In this document: positions 12,690 to 26,756 of the stretch, in pieces
Position numbering within the stretch: the first letter of the stretch is position 1
Layout of the letters: each line of letters starts with the position of its first letter
Notes under the pieces: generated by a model
What the model was told of the DNA's origin: nothing
Databases searched by the model: none
The model's input: the letters and a program-made list of their open reading frames with translations, nothing else
Made by a program: the position numbers and the translations under genes
DNA from: Octopus sinensis
Taxonomy: Eukaryota
Reading direction: 5' to 3'
Assembly: GCF_006345805.1 (NCBI RefSeq)
Contig: NW_021832859.1
Coordinates: 48,708-112,707, forward strand
Length of the DNA: 64,000 nucleotides

Positions 12690-13066
12690 TCTTTATATGT
12701 AAAAGAGAAGTTGTGTGTCTGTCTCCTACGATTTAGATTCCTAACTACTCCCACATTTTGCGGTGCAGTTTAACCAAAACCGGGTATCTTATAGTTGTGA
12801 TTCATATCGAGCCCTTCTGAGTATTATCGCGCGTCTACGATGAGTCTACGATTTAAAAAAAAAATACCATAATTTTTTTCGCTATTATATAAGGGTAGTA
12901 ACTCTCTAAAAATGTCTACGATGAGTCAACGATTTAAAAAAAAAATTACCATCATTTTTTTCCATTTTTAATGCATTTTTTTGCTATTATTTGGCTATAA
13001 CTCTCTAAAAATGCTTATATAGTTATTTCCCTTACAAACCCCAGCAACGCCGGGCGATACTGCTAG
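12690..13066 (+). mobile_element. Non-autonomous Helitron, second family
   Basis: A|TCTTTATATGTAAAAG...CCCAGCAACGCCGGG hairpin...CTAG|T. Homologue at 37315-37709. Confidence 0.85.
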
Positions 13067-14349
13067 TCTAAATAAATATTACTATTGTTAACTGCTCATT
13101 TTCTTAATTATATTCCAGTTTAATTGGCTATTTTATAGTTTTTGTTGTTTAAGCAAAATTAGAAGCTGAACAATAAGATATACGATAAAAATAATTTTCT
13201 TTCCTTCTCGTTAGGAGCTATTTATTTCATGCTATATTTTTTCCAATGGTTTTCTTCGATTATCTAAATAATAGCAGTTTGTTATTTAATCGGGATTTAA
13301 CTGCTATTTCTTATAACTGAAGAGACCCTGTGTAAACGTAGCGTAATTCCATAGAATTGCGATTCAGCTGACTTGTGATCGTTCCCCATCCACTCATTAT
13401 CGTCCCTTGAATTCATTGATTACAATTTCCTGTATGCTTTATATATTTTGAAAATAATGCGATTTGATGGCGATTTCGGTGCTATTTCTGGCAGATCATG
13501 CGACTGTTTTAGGAAACCTGTCAATTCACAGAGTGAACGTAATTTATCTTCCGTCTTGTTTGTCAAATCTACGGTCTGAAAAATGATATTTCTTCGTTCA
13601 CTGCACTCTTGACTGATTAGTAGAAAACGTAAATGAATTAAATCGATTTAATCAATATAAAACGATTGTCACCTCGTACTACTATTTGTCTTGTACTTTA
13701 TATTTTGGAATTCCGAAGAGAGGAAAAGAAAGAAAAAAGTAAATGAATATTTATAGTTGATGCTTACGAAATTTATAAAGATTTAAATCCAGTGGCAGAG
13801 CGGTGAGCATAACCAGATGATTTTGTAAGTAATGTGGAGATCCAAAGACACAGTCTTCGTTGACATCAATGCATACATTTTTTCAATGCAAAAATCTAAT
13901 GACTTTAGAATCGATGATTATAATGATTGTTCCACTTTTATAAAATTAGAAATGTTTTTCCATAGAGAACGACGCTATTTATGGAATTATGTAAATTTGC
14001 TACGATGTTTGAGAATGAAAATTATAGAAATCATATATGTGGAGTTGATCAAAGTATCAATAATGATAATGACAATGTTGATTGCTTTATCTTTGGTTGT
14101 TGTTGCTGTTTTTTGCTTTCCATTTTGTTTAGACTGAGGTTAGTCCTAATTGAGCAGATGTATGCTCTAAGTCGCTTGTACCATAAATATCCTGTGTATT
14201 TTTATTAGATACTGAATCAAATATATATTCTGTTTAAGAAAGAATTGCATGGTTTCAGGTAAATAATATGTGAATCCAGTACCAAGTGTTTACTCTATTT
14301 GCACTTTTCAATTCACTTCTTAAAGTTCGTCTACATCAAATATAAATAC

Positions 14350-14457
14350 TGGTTTCAAATTTTGGCACAAGACCAGTAATTTCGGGGAGGGGTAAAGTCG
14401 ATTACATCGACCCCCCAGTGCTCAAATGGTACTTATTTTATCGACCCTGGAAGGAGG
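14350..14457 (-). mobile_element. Old family-B SINE 3' fragment
   Basis: TGGTTTCAAATTTTGGCACAAG...GGTACTTATTTTATCGACCC. Confidence 0.75.
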
Positions 14458-15430
14458 AAACACAAAATAGTGGTAATGTATAGTTATTTCTTTATGAGAG
14501 AAATCTCAAAATTATGTGTTTCGAATTATATTTCCACACGAAACTCTCATTCGAAATTCCTCAGATATTTTCACAAGGGTATATTTGTAAACGCAATATA
14601 TATTTCGCTATCACCGATTGGAAAACACATGTGAACGTATCTAATAAAGCAAAAAAAAAAAAAAAACGTTGATAGAAGCAGTTGAATAAAGCACAAAGCT
14701 ATTGTTGGAATGAAGTTGCCGTTAATAACCTGAAAAATAGTTAATAGCCATGTGAATAGTTGCGAAATTAAAATTCTAATAGAATCGTTCGAGAATCTTG
14801 CACAAAAGGGTGAAAATGATCTCTCTTATTACATTATGATGCTTAACGAACTAAAACTGGATTCAAAATTCGCTCATTCACCTCAGCATTCTATACAGCT
14901 TTTCACTGATTTGCATTATAATTGTTCAGCACGAATTTGCTGATTTAGATTATTCTACTTTTTTAATATTAACTAATTAGCAACTGCTTTTGATGCGGTT
15001 TTTAACGCAATTGTTTCTATGGCCTTTTATTATGCCGAGGCTTCCAGAAGAAAATGTTTCTTTTTTGTTTTAGTTGTGACATCTAATATTTCTTTTCATA
15101 ATTGAGTCAGATAGGAACGGTGTTACTCCAGACCGTTTGTGTGGAATTTGAGACCGGTGAGAGAAAAGGAAGAAGTTATTCTCATGCCCAAAATCTGGTA
15201 TGAATTTTTGCATTAGAGTGGCCTCTGCTAACGGCATCAAAACATAAACTACAGTTCAGCCTGTGCTCATCCCTGGTCGATTGGTTCTATGATGATAAGC
15301 TGATGCTGTGTCCAAAACAATCGGTTCAAACTGAAACATATATAGTCACGAGCATTTATACTAAATTCCACACATTTTTCCATAAAAGATACACCAATTC
15401 CACAGTTTCGTTTTTTTCGTACATATATGT

Positions 15431-15820
15431 GTATGGCTGTGTGGTAAGTACCTTGTTTACCAACCACATGGTTCCGGGTTCAGTCCCACTGCGTGGCACC
15501 TTGGGCAAGTGTCTTCTACTATAACCTCGGGCCGACCAAAGCCTTGTGAGTGGATTTGGTAGACGGAAACTGAAAGAAGCCCGTCGTATATATGTATGTG
15601 TGTGTGTGTTTGTGTGTCTGTATTTGTCCCCCTAGCATTGCTTGACAACCGATGCTGGTGTGTTGATGTCCCCGTTACTTAGCGGTTCGGCAAAAGAGAC
15701 CGATAGAATAAGTACTGAGCTTACAAAAGAATAAGTCCCGGGGTCGAGTTGCTCGATTAAAGGCGGTGCTCCAGCATGGCCGCAGTCAAATGACTGAAAC
15801 AAGTAAAAGGGTAAAAGGGT
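15431..15820 (+). mobile_element. SINE family C (tRNA head, CORE-like segment, internal microsatellite, 3' body)
   Basis: GGTTCCGGGTTCAGTCCCACTGCGTGGCACCTTGGGCAAGTG; tail (GTAAAAGR)n. About 12 homologous copies in the window. Confidence 0.92.
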
Positions 15821-15876
15821 ATATGTCTATAAATTTATCTGTTCATATATTAATTTCAATATCATCTGTTCATTCA

Positions 15877-16092
15877 GGCGGTGAAACTTGCCACGGTCGT
15901 TAGCACGCCGGGGAAAATACTTAATAGTATTTCATCCTTCTTTAGATACTGAGTTCAAATTTCGCCGAGGTTGACTTTGTCTGCCATCCTTTCGGTGTCG
16001 ATAAAATAAGTTTCGATCGAGCGCCGGAGGTCGATGTAATCGGCATAATTCCACTCACGATTTTGCTGGTGTTGTGCTTTAATTAGAAACCA
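15877..16092 (+). mobile_element. Old family-B SINE, full length
   Basis: Decayed head GGCGGTGAAACTTGCC, core GCCGAGGTTGACTTTG, old-type tail ending GAAACCA. Confidence 0.8.
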
Positions 16093-16187
16093 ATATCCTC
16101 TCTTTATTGCATTTTCCCCTTTAGTTGTTCACTTAATTTCTTAAAATCGTTCTGCATATGCTATAACTGGTGTTTATGTTTTAATTA

Positions 16188-16427
16188 AATCCTTGGCGTA
16201 TAGGTTCCCCACCTGGACGGGACGCCGGTCCGTCGCAGGTGAACTGCATGATGCAGGAGGAAAGAGTGAGAAAAAGTTGTGGCGAAAGAGTCAGCAGAAG
16301 TTCGCCATAACCATTTGCTGGAACCGCGTGTTTCGCTCATAAACACACATCTCCCGGTTTGAGATTCGAACCCGCGATCCCTCGTTCGCGAGTCTGCTGC
16401 TCTAACCACTAGGCTATGTGCCTCCAC
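16188..16427 (-). mobile_element. SINE family A relative, tail type 3
   Basis: Head GTGGAGGCACATAGCCTAGTGGTTAGAGCAGCAGACTCGCG...GGTTCGAATC. Shares CACAACTTT..CTCACTCTT with family A, then diverges. Confidence 0.75.
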
Positions 16428-18252
16428 ATCCTATCAAGGTACAGGGTGCAATATATGTCATTTATTTTTGAGACAGTGGAGAGCATTGTGTTCACTAATC
16501 GGACAATATTAACCGACAAAATATTCCTTTTGCCCTGATTTTTGGTGGTTTTTAGTCAAGGAATATTGTCATTCATTGTGGCGTTCACCAGGAAAACTCT
16601 ATTTTCTAGGATTAACATACAATTTCTTTTCGCACCACACTATAGAAGCCAAAAAAAAAACAAGTATTATACTGAAACGAATTCCAAGGTTGATATGATT
16701 GTCTATAAATGCGTATCACCCACGCTCAGAATGACTGCAGTCTGTTGGCTGAAGTCGTAGAAGACTAAATAAGCACACAAAATAAAATGAAAATTAATTC
16801 TAACTTAATCAAAAACAGGAAACCATTTGAAAGCACCAACTGTCATCAGACATTAAGATTTTGAAGTATTTTGTCTTTTGAAGTGTGTCACATTCTTCAG
16901 TTGGACATATATTAGTTTAGAAAACACTGCATAGAATTTTTCCAATTAATCAAGATAAATTTAAATCGGAAGTAAAAATAATTTCTATGTGCTAAGATAT
17001 TCTGTTACACTAAATATATTAAATTAATCATTGCTATTACTGCTTCAATTCAACCAATTGATTCTACAATTTTTACCGAACCAAATGAATTTATGTGGAC
17101 ACAAGTTAAAATATTCTCGATTTTCCTAAAAATAAACACAAAGATTAAAATAATCTCGAAACAAATAAAATAACGCTAAAATAACATTACAAAATATCTC
17201 GACATATTAAATGCATTTTACTATTTCGATTCTACCATCAAAACATAATTCTTGCGCCTTAGTTTAAAGATTAAAATGTTCCAATTTAAAGTTTCACTGG
17301 TAACTCTACTTCATCAAACATAAAAAAAATATTTATTTCTTGACTTGATGTATAGAATCGCATGTTAAGGTTATTTTAAAAGAAATTATAGCCAGGAAAT
17401 ATTTGTCATGACGTTTCGTTATAAATCAGTTCTCGGTATAATTTCTATATAGAAATTTGCAGAGATAACGTTAAATTAACAATTGATTTAACAGCACCGC
17501 TAATACCGTCGAACAGGGCATTGCCTTACAAAGAGTTTAATATACTTTGTGCTATATTATGGTCGACTATCTAAATACGATGTCCCTACAAGTCATTAAT
17601 ATGTAAATACACTATCTTGAGGATGCAAAACAAATCTCTTAATGCACGTGCTTCAAGGAAAATTATTTGCTGACATGTACTGGGACACAGTCAAGCTTCA
17701 CGCTGAATGTGGATATTAAAAAAATTGTCAACGCTTAATATGAGCATTCGTTTGACCCCTTAAGAAGTGATGGCATACCCTACTTTATTCGTGTTGATAT
17801 GTGGAATAGGGCTAACGATGCTAGTTTTTAGACAAATTGGTTTTCGGAGTTTATACTTTGATAATTTATAATTTGAGAGTTTTCCTACCTCATACGGCAC
17901 CAAATTGCATCCGGTAGCGAGGCTCTGGTTCGGAAATTCCAGAATTTTCAGGGGTGTGGAGATATCTCTAAGCTGCGTTTGTTCCCTGGTCTATTCTGAC
18001 ACAGTGTAACAGCACCAGTCAGGGTTCCAAATATGAGTGAATTAATTTCTACATAGATGTCGGTGAATATGGAGATAAATAACCCCGGACCAAATGACGG
18101 GTGGCCCATTGACAGTGCATAGCACTTGGCAACCACTTGAAGAGAGGTTACGAGGATATCATGGGATGCAGCATGCTGGATGTGAACAAATTCTGCAGAT
18201 TAACATAGTGAATAAATAGCGAAAATCACCAGTTGCTGACCGGATAGACAAT

Positions 18253-18486
18253 ATGTTTCTTTACTGCCCACAAGGGGCTAAACATAGAGGGGTCAAACAA
18301 GGACATACAAACGGATTAAGTCGATTACATTGACCCCAGTGCGTAACTGGTACTTAATTTATCGACCCCGCAAGGATGAAAGGCAAAGTCGACTTCGGCG
18401 GAATTTGAACCCAGAACGTAACGGCAGACGAAATACGGCTGCGCATTTCGCTCGGCGTGCTAACATTTCTGCCATCTCGCCGCCTT
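18253..18486 (-). mobile_element. SINE family B
   Basis: Full length; TSD GATAGACAAT at 18243-18252 and 18495-18504. Confidence 0.92.
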
Positions 18487-18995
18487 AAGCCATAGATAGA
18501 CAATCAACAATCTCTCAACGTCCAGGATCAATCAGTTGTGTTGGCGAACTACTGCCATCATCTGCAGCCGTATCGTGAGCAAATGAAGCAGCTAGCGATA
18601 AACCAATATGACTAATTCATCCCTGAAAAATGATCGACTGGATGATGTATGATTACGATGAATAAATTGTTGAGAATAATCTGTTAACACATTGGGTATT
18701 ATAACAATAAGTCCAGTACGCATTCGCAGAAAAAATATAATAAAACGCATGAGAATGGAGAGAGAGAGAGAAATGTTAATAAGAGAATTAAAATGATTAA
18801 ATGAGCGGCACAGTAACTATGAGCCGGCAAACTAAACGTTGAAAAGCGAGAAAGTAAACACTTACGAGAAAGCAAGTGAAAACTAGAAATAAGGGCGAAG
18901 AGACGGGGGAGGGGGGAACAAAGTATACGTGCAGACATTTAAAAAAAAAAAATTTTCTCCATTTATCGTAGTGTCTATCTATGTAAAGTCTATAT

Positions 18996-19221
18996 TGGTC
19001 TCAAATTTTGACACTACGCCAGCAAGGTCACGGCGGTTCGAATGGGATATAAGTCGCATGTATCGACCTCACAGCTCAGCTGGTAATTACTTCATCGGTC
19101 ATCGGCAGAGATAAAAAGCAAAGTCGAACTTGGTGGAAATTGGAGTCAGAATGCAAAGACGGCCGAAATTCCGATAAGCATTTTGCCCGGCGTGTTCACT
19201 ATTCTGCCAGCTCACCACCTT
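18996..19221 (-). mobile_element. Old family-B SINE
   Basis: Decayed head CTGCCAGCTCACCACC with old-type tail TGGTCTCAAATTTTGACAC. Confidence 0.75.
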
Positions 19222-19589
19222 AAACATAATGTGTATATTAGTGAAGACAATAACGCTATGTTCAATTGAAAATGTCTGTACTCCAATATAAAATGATGCT
19301 TATCTAAAAGGAAATCATTCCTAGACCAAACAAACATTTAACAGAGATTAATGAATTGCCCATTTTTTCATCTTCGATCTCATTGTTTGTTTACAGCTGA
19401 TGTCTCGGATACGAAATATCGTAACAAGATCAGTGCTGGTTATAATCTCTATAGAAAATCTATAGAGATGGCCATAACACGTGATTAAACAGAGAATTTT
19501 CACAACCAGTCTCATACTAAGGAGGACTTAATGTAGCAATTTCTTACGATACCATTTAAAGAAATTCCCTGACGGTTGGAATGAATACT

Positions 19590-19817
19590 GGCGAGCTGGC
19601 AGAAACGTTAGCACGCCGGGCGAAATGCGTAGCCGTATTTCGTCTGTCGTTACGCTGTGAGTTCAAATTCCGCCGAGGTCGACTTTGCCTTTCATCCTTT
19701 CTGGGTCGATAAATTAAGTACCAGTTACGCACTGGGATCGATGGAATCGACTTAATACCTATGTCTGTCCTTGTTTGTCCCATCTATGTTTAACCCCTTG
19801 TGGGTAATAAAGAAATA
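19590..19817 (+). mobile_element. SINE family B
   Basis: TSD GGTTGGAATGAATACTGG at 19574-19591 and 19818-19835. Confidence 0.93.
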
Positions 19818-19884
19818 GGTTGGAATGAATACTGGTTAGAAAATTTGGCACAAAACCAGAAAATTTTGGGGAAGGGGTTGAGTC

Positions 19885-21190
19885 CTATGTTTTCTTCTAA
19901 AGGTCATGTTTAGGTATTATTCTTATTATTTCTTGGGTTTATTAGTTTTCCCTTTGCTTGCTTCAAGTAGAAAATATATATCAGCTCCTAGTTGCATTAT
20001 TTGCCGGTTTATTCTTTCCAGCCATGCAGGCTGCTTGTGTACTTTGCACCCTTTTTATCTATCTCTAATTTTAATACCGCATTTCTGAGTTGCAACATAC
20101 GCAGCTGAGTAAAGGATTTGATCAATCACTCCGAGGGAATTTTCTCTGCTATTGTCAAGGACTTGTATCAATATTCCAAGTGCTTGATCACATTCTTTGG
20201 TTAGTTTTCTGTTTTTGTTACTATAATTTATGAAGTGGGGCTCTTTCGTGGAAAGGTTGATGTAATTGTATTAGATATTGTTCTAGTATTCCATCTAACA
20301 GATCATTGCTGACTCGATTATCTATACTGTTTTTAGTATCAACTAATGGTTCACCTTCATAGGTTTCTGTGTACCTAATTTGCTGGTTCAAGTTCGTGCT
20401 TTCAGAGCTTTTTGCCTGTGGGTATTAGTGAGTGTGTGTTATACTGGTCTGATTATTTTGTCAATCTCCTTGTCTGTTAGTCTTTTAGTTTTAGGATATC
20501 ACGTCTCACAGCTCCTAGTTTATTACTGTCTATGCACAGCCTGCTATGCGGGTTTTTGCATCTCCAGGCATTGTAGGTCCATTTTTGTGTGGTTAATGTT
20601 TCTGGGTTCAGTGTTGAATAATAATTAGCATGCTTAACTTCGATATATTCATCCTTAATCCATTTCTGTCTTGTGTTTCTATTTCTTTGAGATAGGTTTA
20701 GTGGTGGATCCTGAGCGTCAGTTTCGGGAATAACCCTGGTTTGATTTGATACAGGTTCTTAAGGAGCTTGGTCCTGATTTAAAGACTTTTCGAGCACAGT
20801 GTCAGAACTCAATGTCACTGGGGCTATTTCCATGGTTGGTATCCAGGGCCGTGCTATAAGCGCACTGGGTCAACCAGTTGTCTGGTCCCTTGGGTAAGGA
20901 TAAGATGTCCTAGGCACCATCATGTTCCTGTGGGGTAGGAGAATTATTTTGAGAAGTTTTAAATTAGTTCATGTCGTGATCTGCCGCCTGGAAGGTGTCA
21001 AAAAGGGGCAGATATTGAATTGACAGCCAGGGGAAGATAGAGACAGGGAAACGAAAGACAGAACCATCATGCAATCTCCAAATAGCATTACCTCCGAGCT
21101 ATTTCCAATAGGACGGGGATGCCATTGGCGGCGGCGGTGGTAGAGCTGGTAATGGGATTGTATATTTCTGTTAGAAGGATGTAAACTCTG
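19885..21190 (-). pseudogene. Decayed 5' portion of an RLE-type (R4/Dong-like) non-LTR retrotransposon
   Basis: From ATG 20833: RQKWIKDEYIEVKHANYYS...TYNAWRCKNP...SNKLGAVRRDILK/KRLTDKEIDKI, then IDQILYSAAYVATQKCGIKI...HKQPAWLERINRQI. These resemble R4/Dong N-terminal blocks (recognised from memory, no alignment run). An (ATT)-rich tract lies upstream at about 21225-21285. Confidence 0.65.
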
Positions 21191-21588
21191 TCGCATCTAT
21201 GTGTGTGTTTGTCTCCGGGCAAATCACTATTATCATTGTTATTATCAGTAGCATTATTATCATCATTATCGTTGTTGTTGTTACATTACTACTCCGCCAG
21301 CTCACCGCCCGGTTGAAGCGAATGTTAGTAAATGAAATAATAGGATATTTAATTGAAAATCTCTGCTTCAATAAATGAAATTTGATCTGGTTATTATTTT
21401 TTAAAATGTGAGCATTTAAAAGATATTCATCGAAGTACCAATCTAATAATGAGTTGAACTTAAAGTATCAACTCCATAGTTCTTAATTTCCCACGCTATC
21501 ATAACACTGGAATTGATACATTCATGCATATATCCATCCACACATACATGCATACATGCACGCATGTTTACATACACTTGAACACATA

Positions 21589-22250
<662 letters not shown>

Positions 22251-23822
22251 AGGTACCATATTTGAAGAAAATTCCATCATTCCACTTATTTCAAGAAGCA
22301 TAATATTGTTCACATATTCCTAGGGTCTGGAACGGGTCTTTGTTTTTACCATGCTCTCACACGTGTGATTATATAGTCATTCTTACATGAAAAGAATGTA
22401 GATTCTACACGAAAATTTATTTCGAAACATTTCAAATATATTCACATGGATACACTTTGAAGACATTTCGGATACAATATATAATATATTTCACTAGTAA
22501 CGGAAGAAAAAACATGTCAATATATTTAGTAGAGCAAAATGTTGGTAGTCGAAGGAAATATATATCTTGGAAATATCCTCAGATTCGCAAGCTAAGTAGT
22601 TCTTCGATGATGGGTTCCAAAAGTAGGTTCCAGAAGCTATTGCAAAATAATGTTCTTTCTGGTTTTGTTTTGGAATTCTGTTGTTATGTTTTCGATCTTG
22701 GCGATAGTAAAGTTATCAGCTTCTCTCTTAGACATTTAGAAGTTTTCCTTAAAAGGTTGAACGTATTATTTCGTCGGAGCAACAAGAGAAACAAAGATCT
22801 AGTGTCATTAAAAAGACGCTGCAACAAGGTGCGTTCGAAGCATTAATTTGCATAAGCAGATGGATTTCTCGCGTTTCAGCTATAAGAGCGAATTGAGAAA
22901 AAAAATGTTTTAATTTTTATTCCCGAATTTAATCAAAAGCTAACAATGCTGATGGTGCCTGGAGATCTCACAACATTGTAAACCGTCACGCAAGCAAGCA
23001 CATTTTTTGTTTTAGGACGTGCTGTTGAATGTGATGGTAGAAAATGTTGAACGCCAGTCAGAGGGTTTTAGGTGACAGCATATGGTTTAATGACATGAAC
23101 AGAATACAAAAATCTCTTTAGTTTCTTTATTAAAGATTAATTACTGAAAGCGATTAAATTATGAGTAATTGATCCAAGCAATAAAAGTAATTATAAAAAT
23201 ATTAATGATGTTTACATTGCAGTCAATGCAATAGCTCATTTAATTAGTAAATAGTTTGATGATGAAGTAAGTATCATAGAAGAAAAAAAAGATAATTGTA
23301 ATTCTTATTGGAAGATGTATTCAAATAAGAAAATGGTTTCCTTTCAGTAAAGCCGTTTATTTTTCTAAACTAAAGAAATAAGAAACAAAGGTGGCTTATG
23401 AGACCAAAGCCAGCAAACATTCTCAATGAACTTGATGATTAATGGAGAGGTTATCGCTTAAGAGCTGGCAATTTAGTTGTTTACATAACAAAAATTGCTC
23501 AATATTAATGCAAGTTAAAGGCACAAATGTTTGGTTTCAAAATCCAAAATGTTATTCGTTATTCAATTTTATGATTGGTTTAACATTCGTGCTACGTTCC
23601 TGATGATTCGGTGTCAGCATAGCATACGCCGATTCTTAGGAAGCAAATATTGTCAAGCAATCTGTTATTAGAAATGTTATGGAATGCACTATAAGCAGTT
23701 CGGATGCATGATTAATCAAAGATGTGTATGAATGTTCCCTAATTAAAGTATACTTACAAGGAATTTAAAAAAATAGAAAGAAAAGAGATGAAGAGTAATT
23801 GTGTTATACATGTACATATATA

Positions 23823-24187
23823 GGCGCAGGAGTGGCTGTGTGGCAAGTAGCTAACTTACCAACCAAAGCCTTCTGAGTGGATTTGGTAGACGGAAACACA
23901 AAGAAGCTCGTCGTATATATGTATGTATGTATGTATATATATTATATAATATATATATATATATTATATAGTATATAGTGTGTGTGTGTGGTGTGTGTTG
24001 GGTGTTGTATGTTTGTGTGTCTGTGTTTGTCCCCTGTGTTTGTCACTTAGCGGTTCGGCAAAAGAGACCGATAGAATAAGTACTGGGCTTACAAAGAATA
24101 AGTCCCGGTGTCGATTTGCTCGACTAAAGGCGGTGCTCCAGCATAGCCGCAATCAAATGACTGAAGCAAGTAAAAGAGTAAAGAGTA
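23823..24187 (+). mobile_element. SINE family C with a ~72-bp internal deletion
   Basis: Reads ...TTACCAACCA|AAGCC..., joining two ACCA motifs of the consensus. Confidence 0.9.
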
Positions 24188-24380
24188 TACAAGTAATTAT
24201 AATTCCACTATATTCCCTTTTAGCTCAATATTTCTCAATCTTTGTTTTCTTTTTATTAGCTTTCCGAACCTGATCTGAAGCAGGGCATCTCGTTCTAAAC
24301 TTATTGAAGGCTCTAATCAGCAGTTCATATGTAGTAGACAACTTGTGTGTGCCAAATTGCAGATTTTTTCCCTGAATATC

Positions 24381-24611
24381 TGTTTCTTTATTACCCACAA
24401 GGGGCTAAACACAGAGGGGACAAACAAGGACAGACAAACGGATTGAGTCGATTACATCGACCCCAGTGAGTAACTGGTACTTAATTTATCGACCCCGAAA
24501 GGATGAAAGGCAAAGTCCACGTCGGCGGGATTTGAACTCAGAACGTAACGGCAGACGAAATATGGCTATGCATTTCGCCCGGCGTGCTAACGTTTCTGCC
24601 AGCTCGCCGCC
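24381..24611 (-). mobile_element. SINE family B
   Basis: TSD TTTTTTCCCTGAATATC at 24364-24380 and 24616-24632. Confidence 0.93.
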
Positions 24612-24984
24612 TTTTTTTTTTCCCTGAATATCGTGGACAGCATCAACACATTTCTCCCATTTTCTTTTCTGTGTCAGAATGTTAATGCATAGGAATTTCA
24701 AGTAGAGACTATTTGTATGGCTTCACTTTTACGACTCGCCTTAGTTGATACCTCATGATAAACCTATTGTTTGAGAGCGGCTAAATTTGCTCTAACAGCA
24801 AACTTCGCCATCCATAATTAAATGCATCGTTGTTGGCAAAGAAATAAATTAAGATTTGAAGTAGATAAGCCTCGGCTCAAACACTATCAAACATGGAGCG
24901 CTGGATATCAGCTACGTTTTATTTATTATTTAATGTCCCTCTCGAGTTTATTCGACATTTCGAATGATCGATTCCTGTGTCATT

Positions 24985-25200
24985 TATCTCTTACTGGTTT
25001 GAGTCATGAGACTGCGGCCATGCTGGGGCACCACCTTGAAAACTTTTAGTCGAATGAATCGACTCCCAGTACTTATGTTAAATCCAGGTACTTATTCTCT
25101 CGGTCTCTTTTGCTGAAACGCTAAGTTAAGAGGTCATAAATACATCAAAATCGGTTGGGAGACCAACACAAATACAAAGACGCCCACACCATACGCACAC

Positions 25201-25240
<40 letters not shown>

Positions 25241-25426
25241 CACGCATATATATAAATATGTATACGATGGGTTTCTTCCATTTTCCGTCTACCAAATCTG
25301 CTCACAGCCTTTTGGTCTGCTCGAGGCTAGAGCAGAAGACACGTGCGAAAGTTGCATGCAATGGGACTCAACCTGGAATCATGTGATTGGGAATCAAACT
25401 TCTGACGACACAGCCACGCCTACGCC
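24985..25426 (-). mobile_element. Old, diverged family-C SINE
   Basis: Co-linear with family C but carries many substitutions. Confidence 0.8.
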
Positions 25427-25428
25427 TA

Positions 25429-25840
25429 TACTCTTTACTCTTTTACTTTTTCAGTCATTTGACTGCGGCCATGCTGGAGCACCGCCTTTTTTTTTTAATC
25501 GAGCAACTCTACTACCCCGGGACTTATTCTTTTGTAAGCCCAGTACTTATTCTATCGGGTCTCTTTTGCCGAACCGCTAAGTAACGGGGACATAAACACA
25601 CCAGCATTGGTGTCAAGCAATGCTAGGGGGACAAACACAGACACACAAAACACACATGCATATATAATACATATATACGACGGGCTTCTTTCAGTTTCCG
25701 CCTACCAAATCCACTCACAAGGCTTTGGTCGGCCCGAGGCTATAGTAGAAGACACTTGCCCAAGGTGTCACGCAGTAGGACTGAATCCCGAACCATGTGG
25801 TTGGTAAACAAGCTACTTACCACACAGCCGCTCCTGCGCC
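25429..25840 (-). mobile_element. SINE family C, young
   Basis: Full length; abuts the head of the older copy. Confidence 0.92.
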
Positions 25841-25996
25841 TATATATATATATTCTAATTAGTTTCAAAATCATTTACATTTTTATACGTAAAATTCATA
25901 ATATTATAATATACGGATAGACAATATTCCTCCGCCTGTAGTGTAAATATTTGTACGGCATGGATTTAATAGCTAATCGGTACGGTTGCTGTATTA

Positions 25997-26228
25997 TGGC
26001 GGCGAGCTGGCAGAAACGTTAGCATGCCGGACGAAATGCGTAGCCGTATTTCGTCTGCCGTTACGTTCTGAGTTCAAATTCCGCCGAGGTCGACTTTGCC
26101 TTTCATCCTTTCGGGGTCGATGAATTAAGTACCAGTTACGCACTGGGGTCGATGTAATCGACTTAATCCGTTTGTCTGTCCTTGTTTATCCTCTCTCTGT
26201 TTAGCCCCTTGTGGGTAGTAAAGAAATA
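25997..26228 (+). mobile_element. SINE family B
   Basis: TSD GGTACGGTTGCTGTATTA at 25979-25996 and 26229-26246. Confidence 0.93.
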
Positions 26229-26439
26229 GGTACGGTTGCTGTATTAAATGATTTCAAGAATCACGGTAAATGCTTCTGAGTGGCTGCTAATTTAGGTCAG
26301 AAAAGTTTATTTAATTTGCGTCGTTATAACTGCGACTTCCCTGGTGCATTGATCCCCGTCTCTCTCTCTCTCTCTCTTGCTTTCTCAGTATTGTTTTTAT
26401 TAATATTGTTTAAGATTACATCAACTTTTATGACTGTAA

Positions 26440-26756
26440 TAACGATATAATATCAGCTATATATTTCTTAACACAGTATTCCATCCCTGTCGACTACTGC
26501 CACGCTCAGGCAGTTTATTCACTATATATGTTAAAATTTTACATTTAAGTTATATACAGATAGTTAGCTACTACACTCATTTTTCCCTCTCCTTGTTTCT
26601 CTCTTTGTTTTTTCTGTCTATCTTTCTGCCGAAGAGCGTAGGCTCGGAACGTAAAAGACTTTTTCTTTTCCTGAGCCCTATACTAATACATTTGTTTGTT
26701 TGTACTCCACCTGCCTCCGTCTTTTGTTTATTTTCGTAAACTTTCCCTTTATATTC
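26440..26756 (+). mobile_element. Probable Penelope-like pseudo-LTR remnant with a degenerate minimal hammerhead
   Basis: TCTTT-CTGCCGA-A-GAGC-GTAG-GCTC-GGAA-CG-TA-AAAGA at 26621-26658. Outer boundaries are approximate. Confidence 0.5.

Noticed and set aside
17590-17945. Possible Gypsy integrase relic (MYWDTVK, YFIRVDM, TAPN...)
   Set aside because: The similarity needs several frameshifts and is too weak without an alignment.
22457-22846. 129-aa ORF
   Set aside because: It has no recognisable motif, homology or splice support, and its length is compatible with chance.
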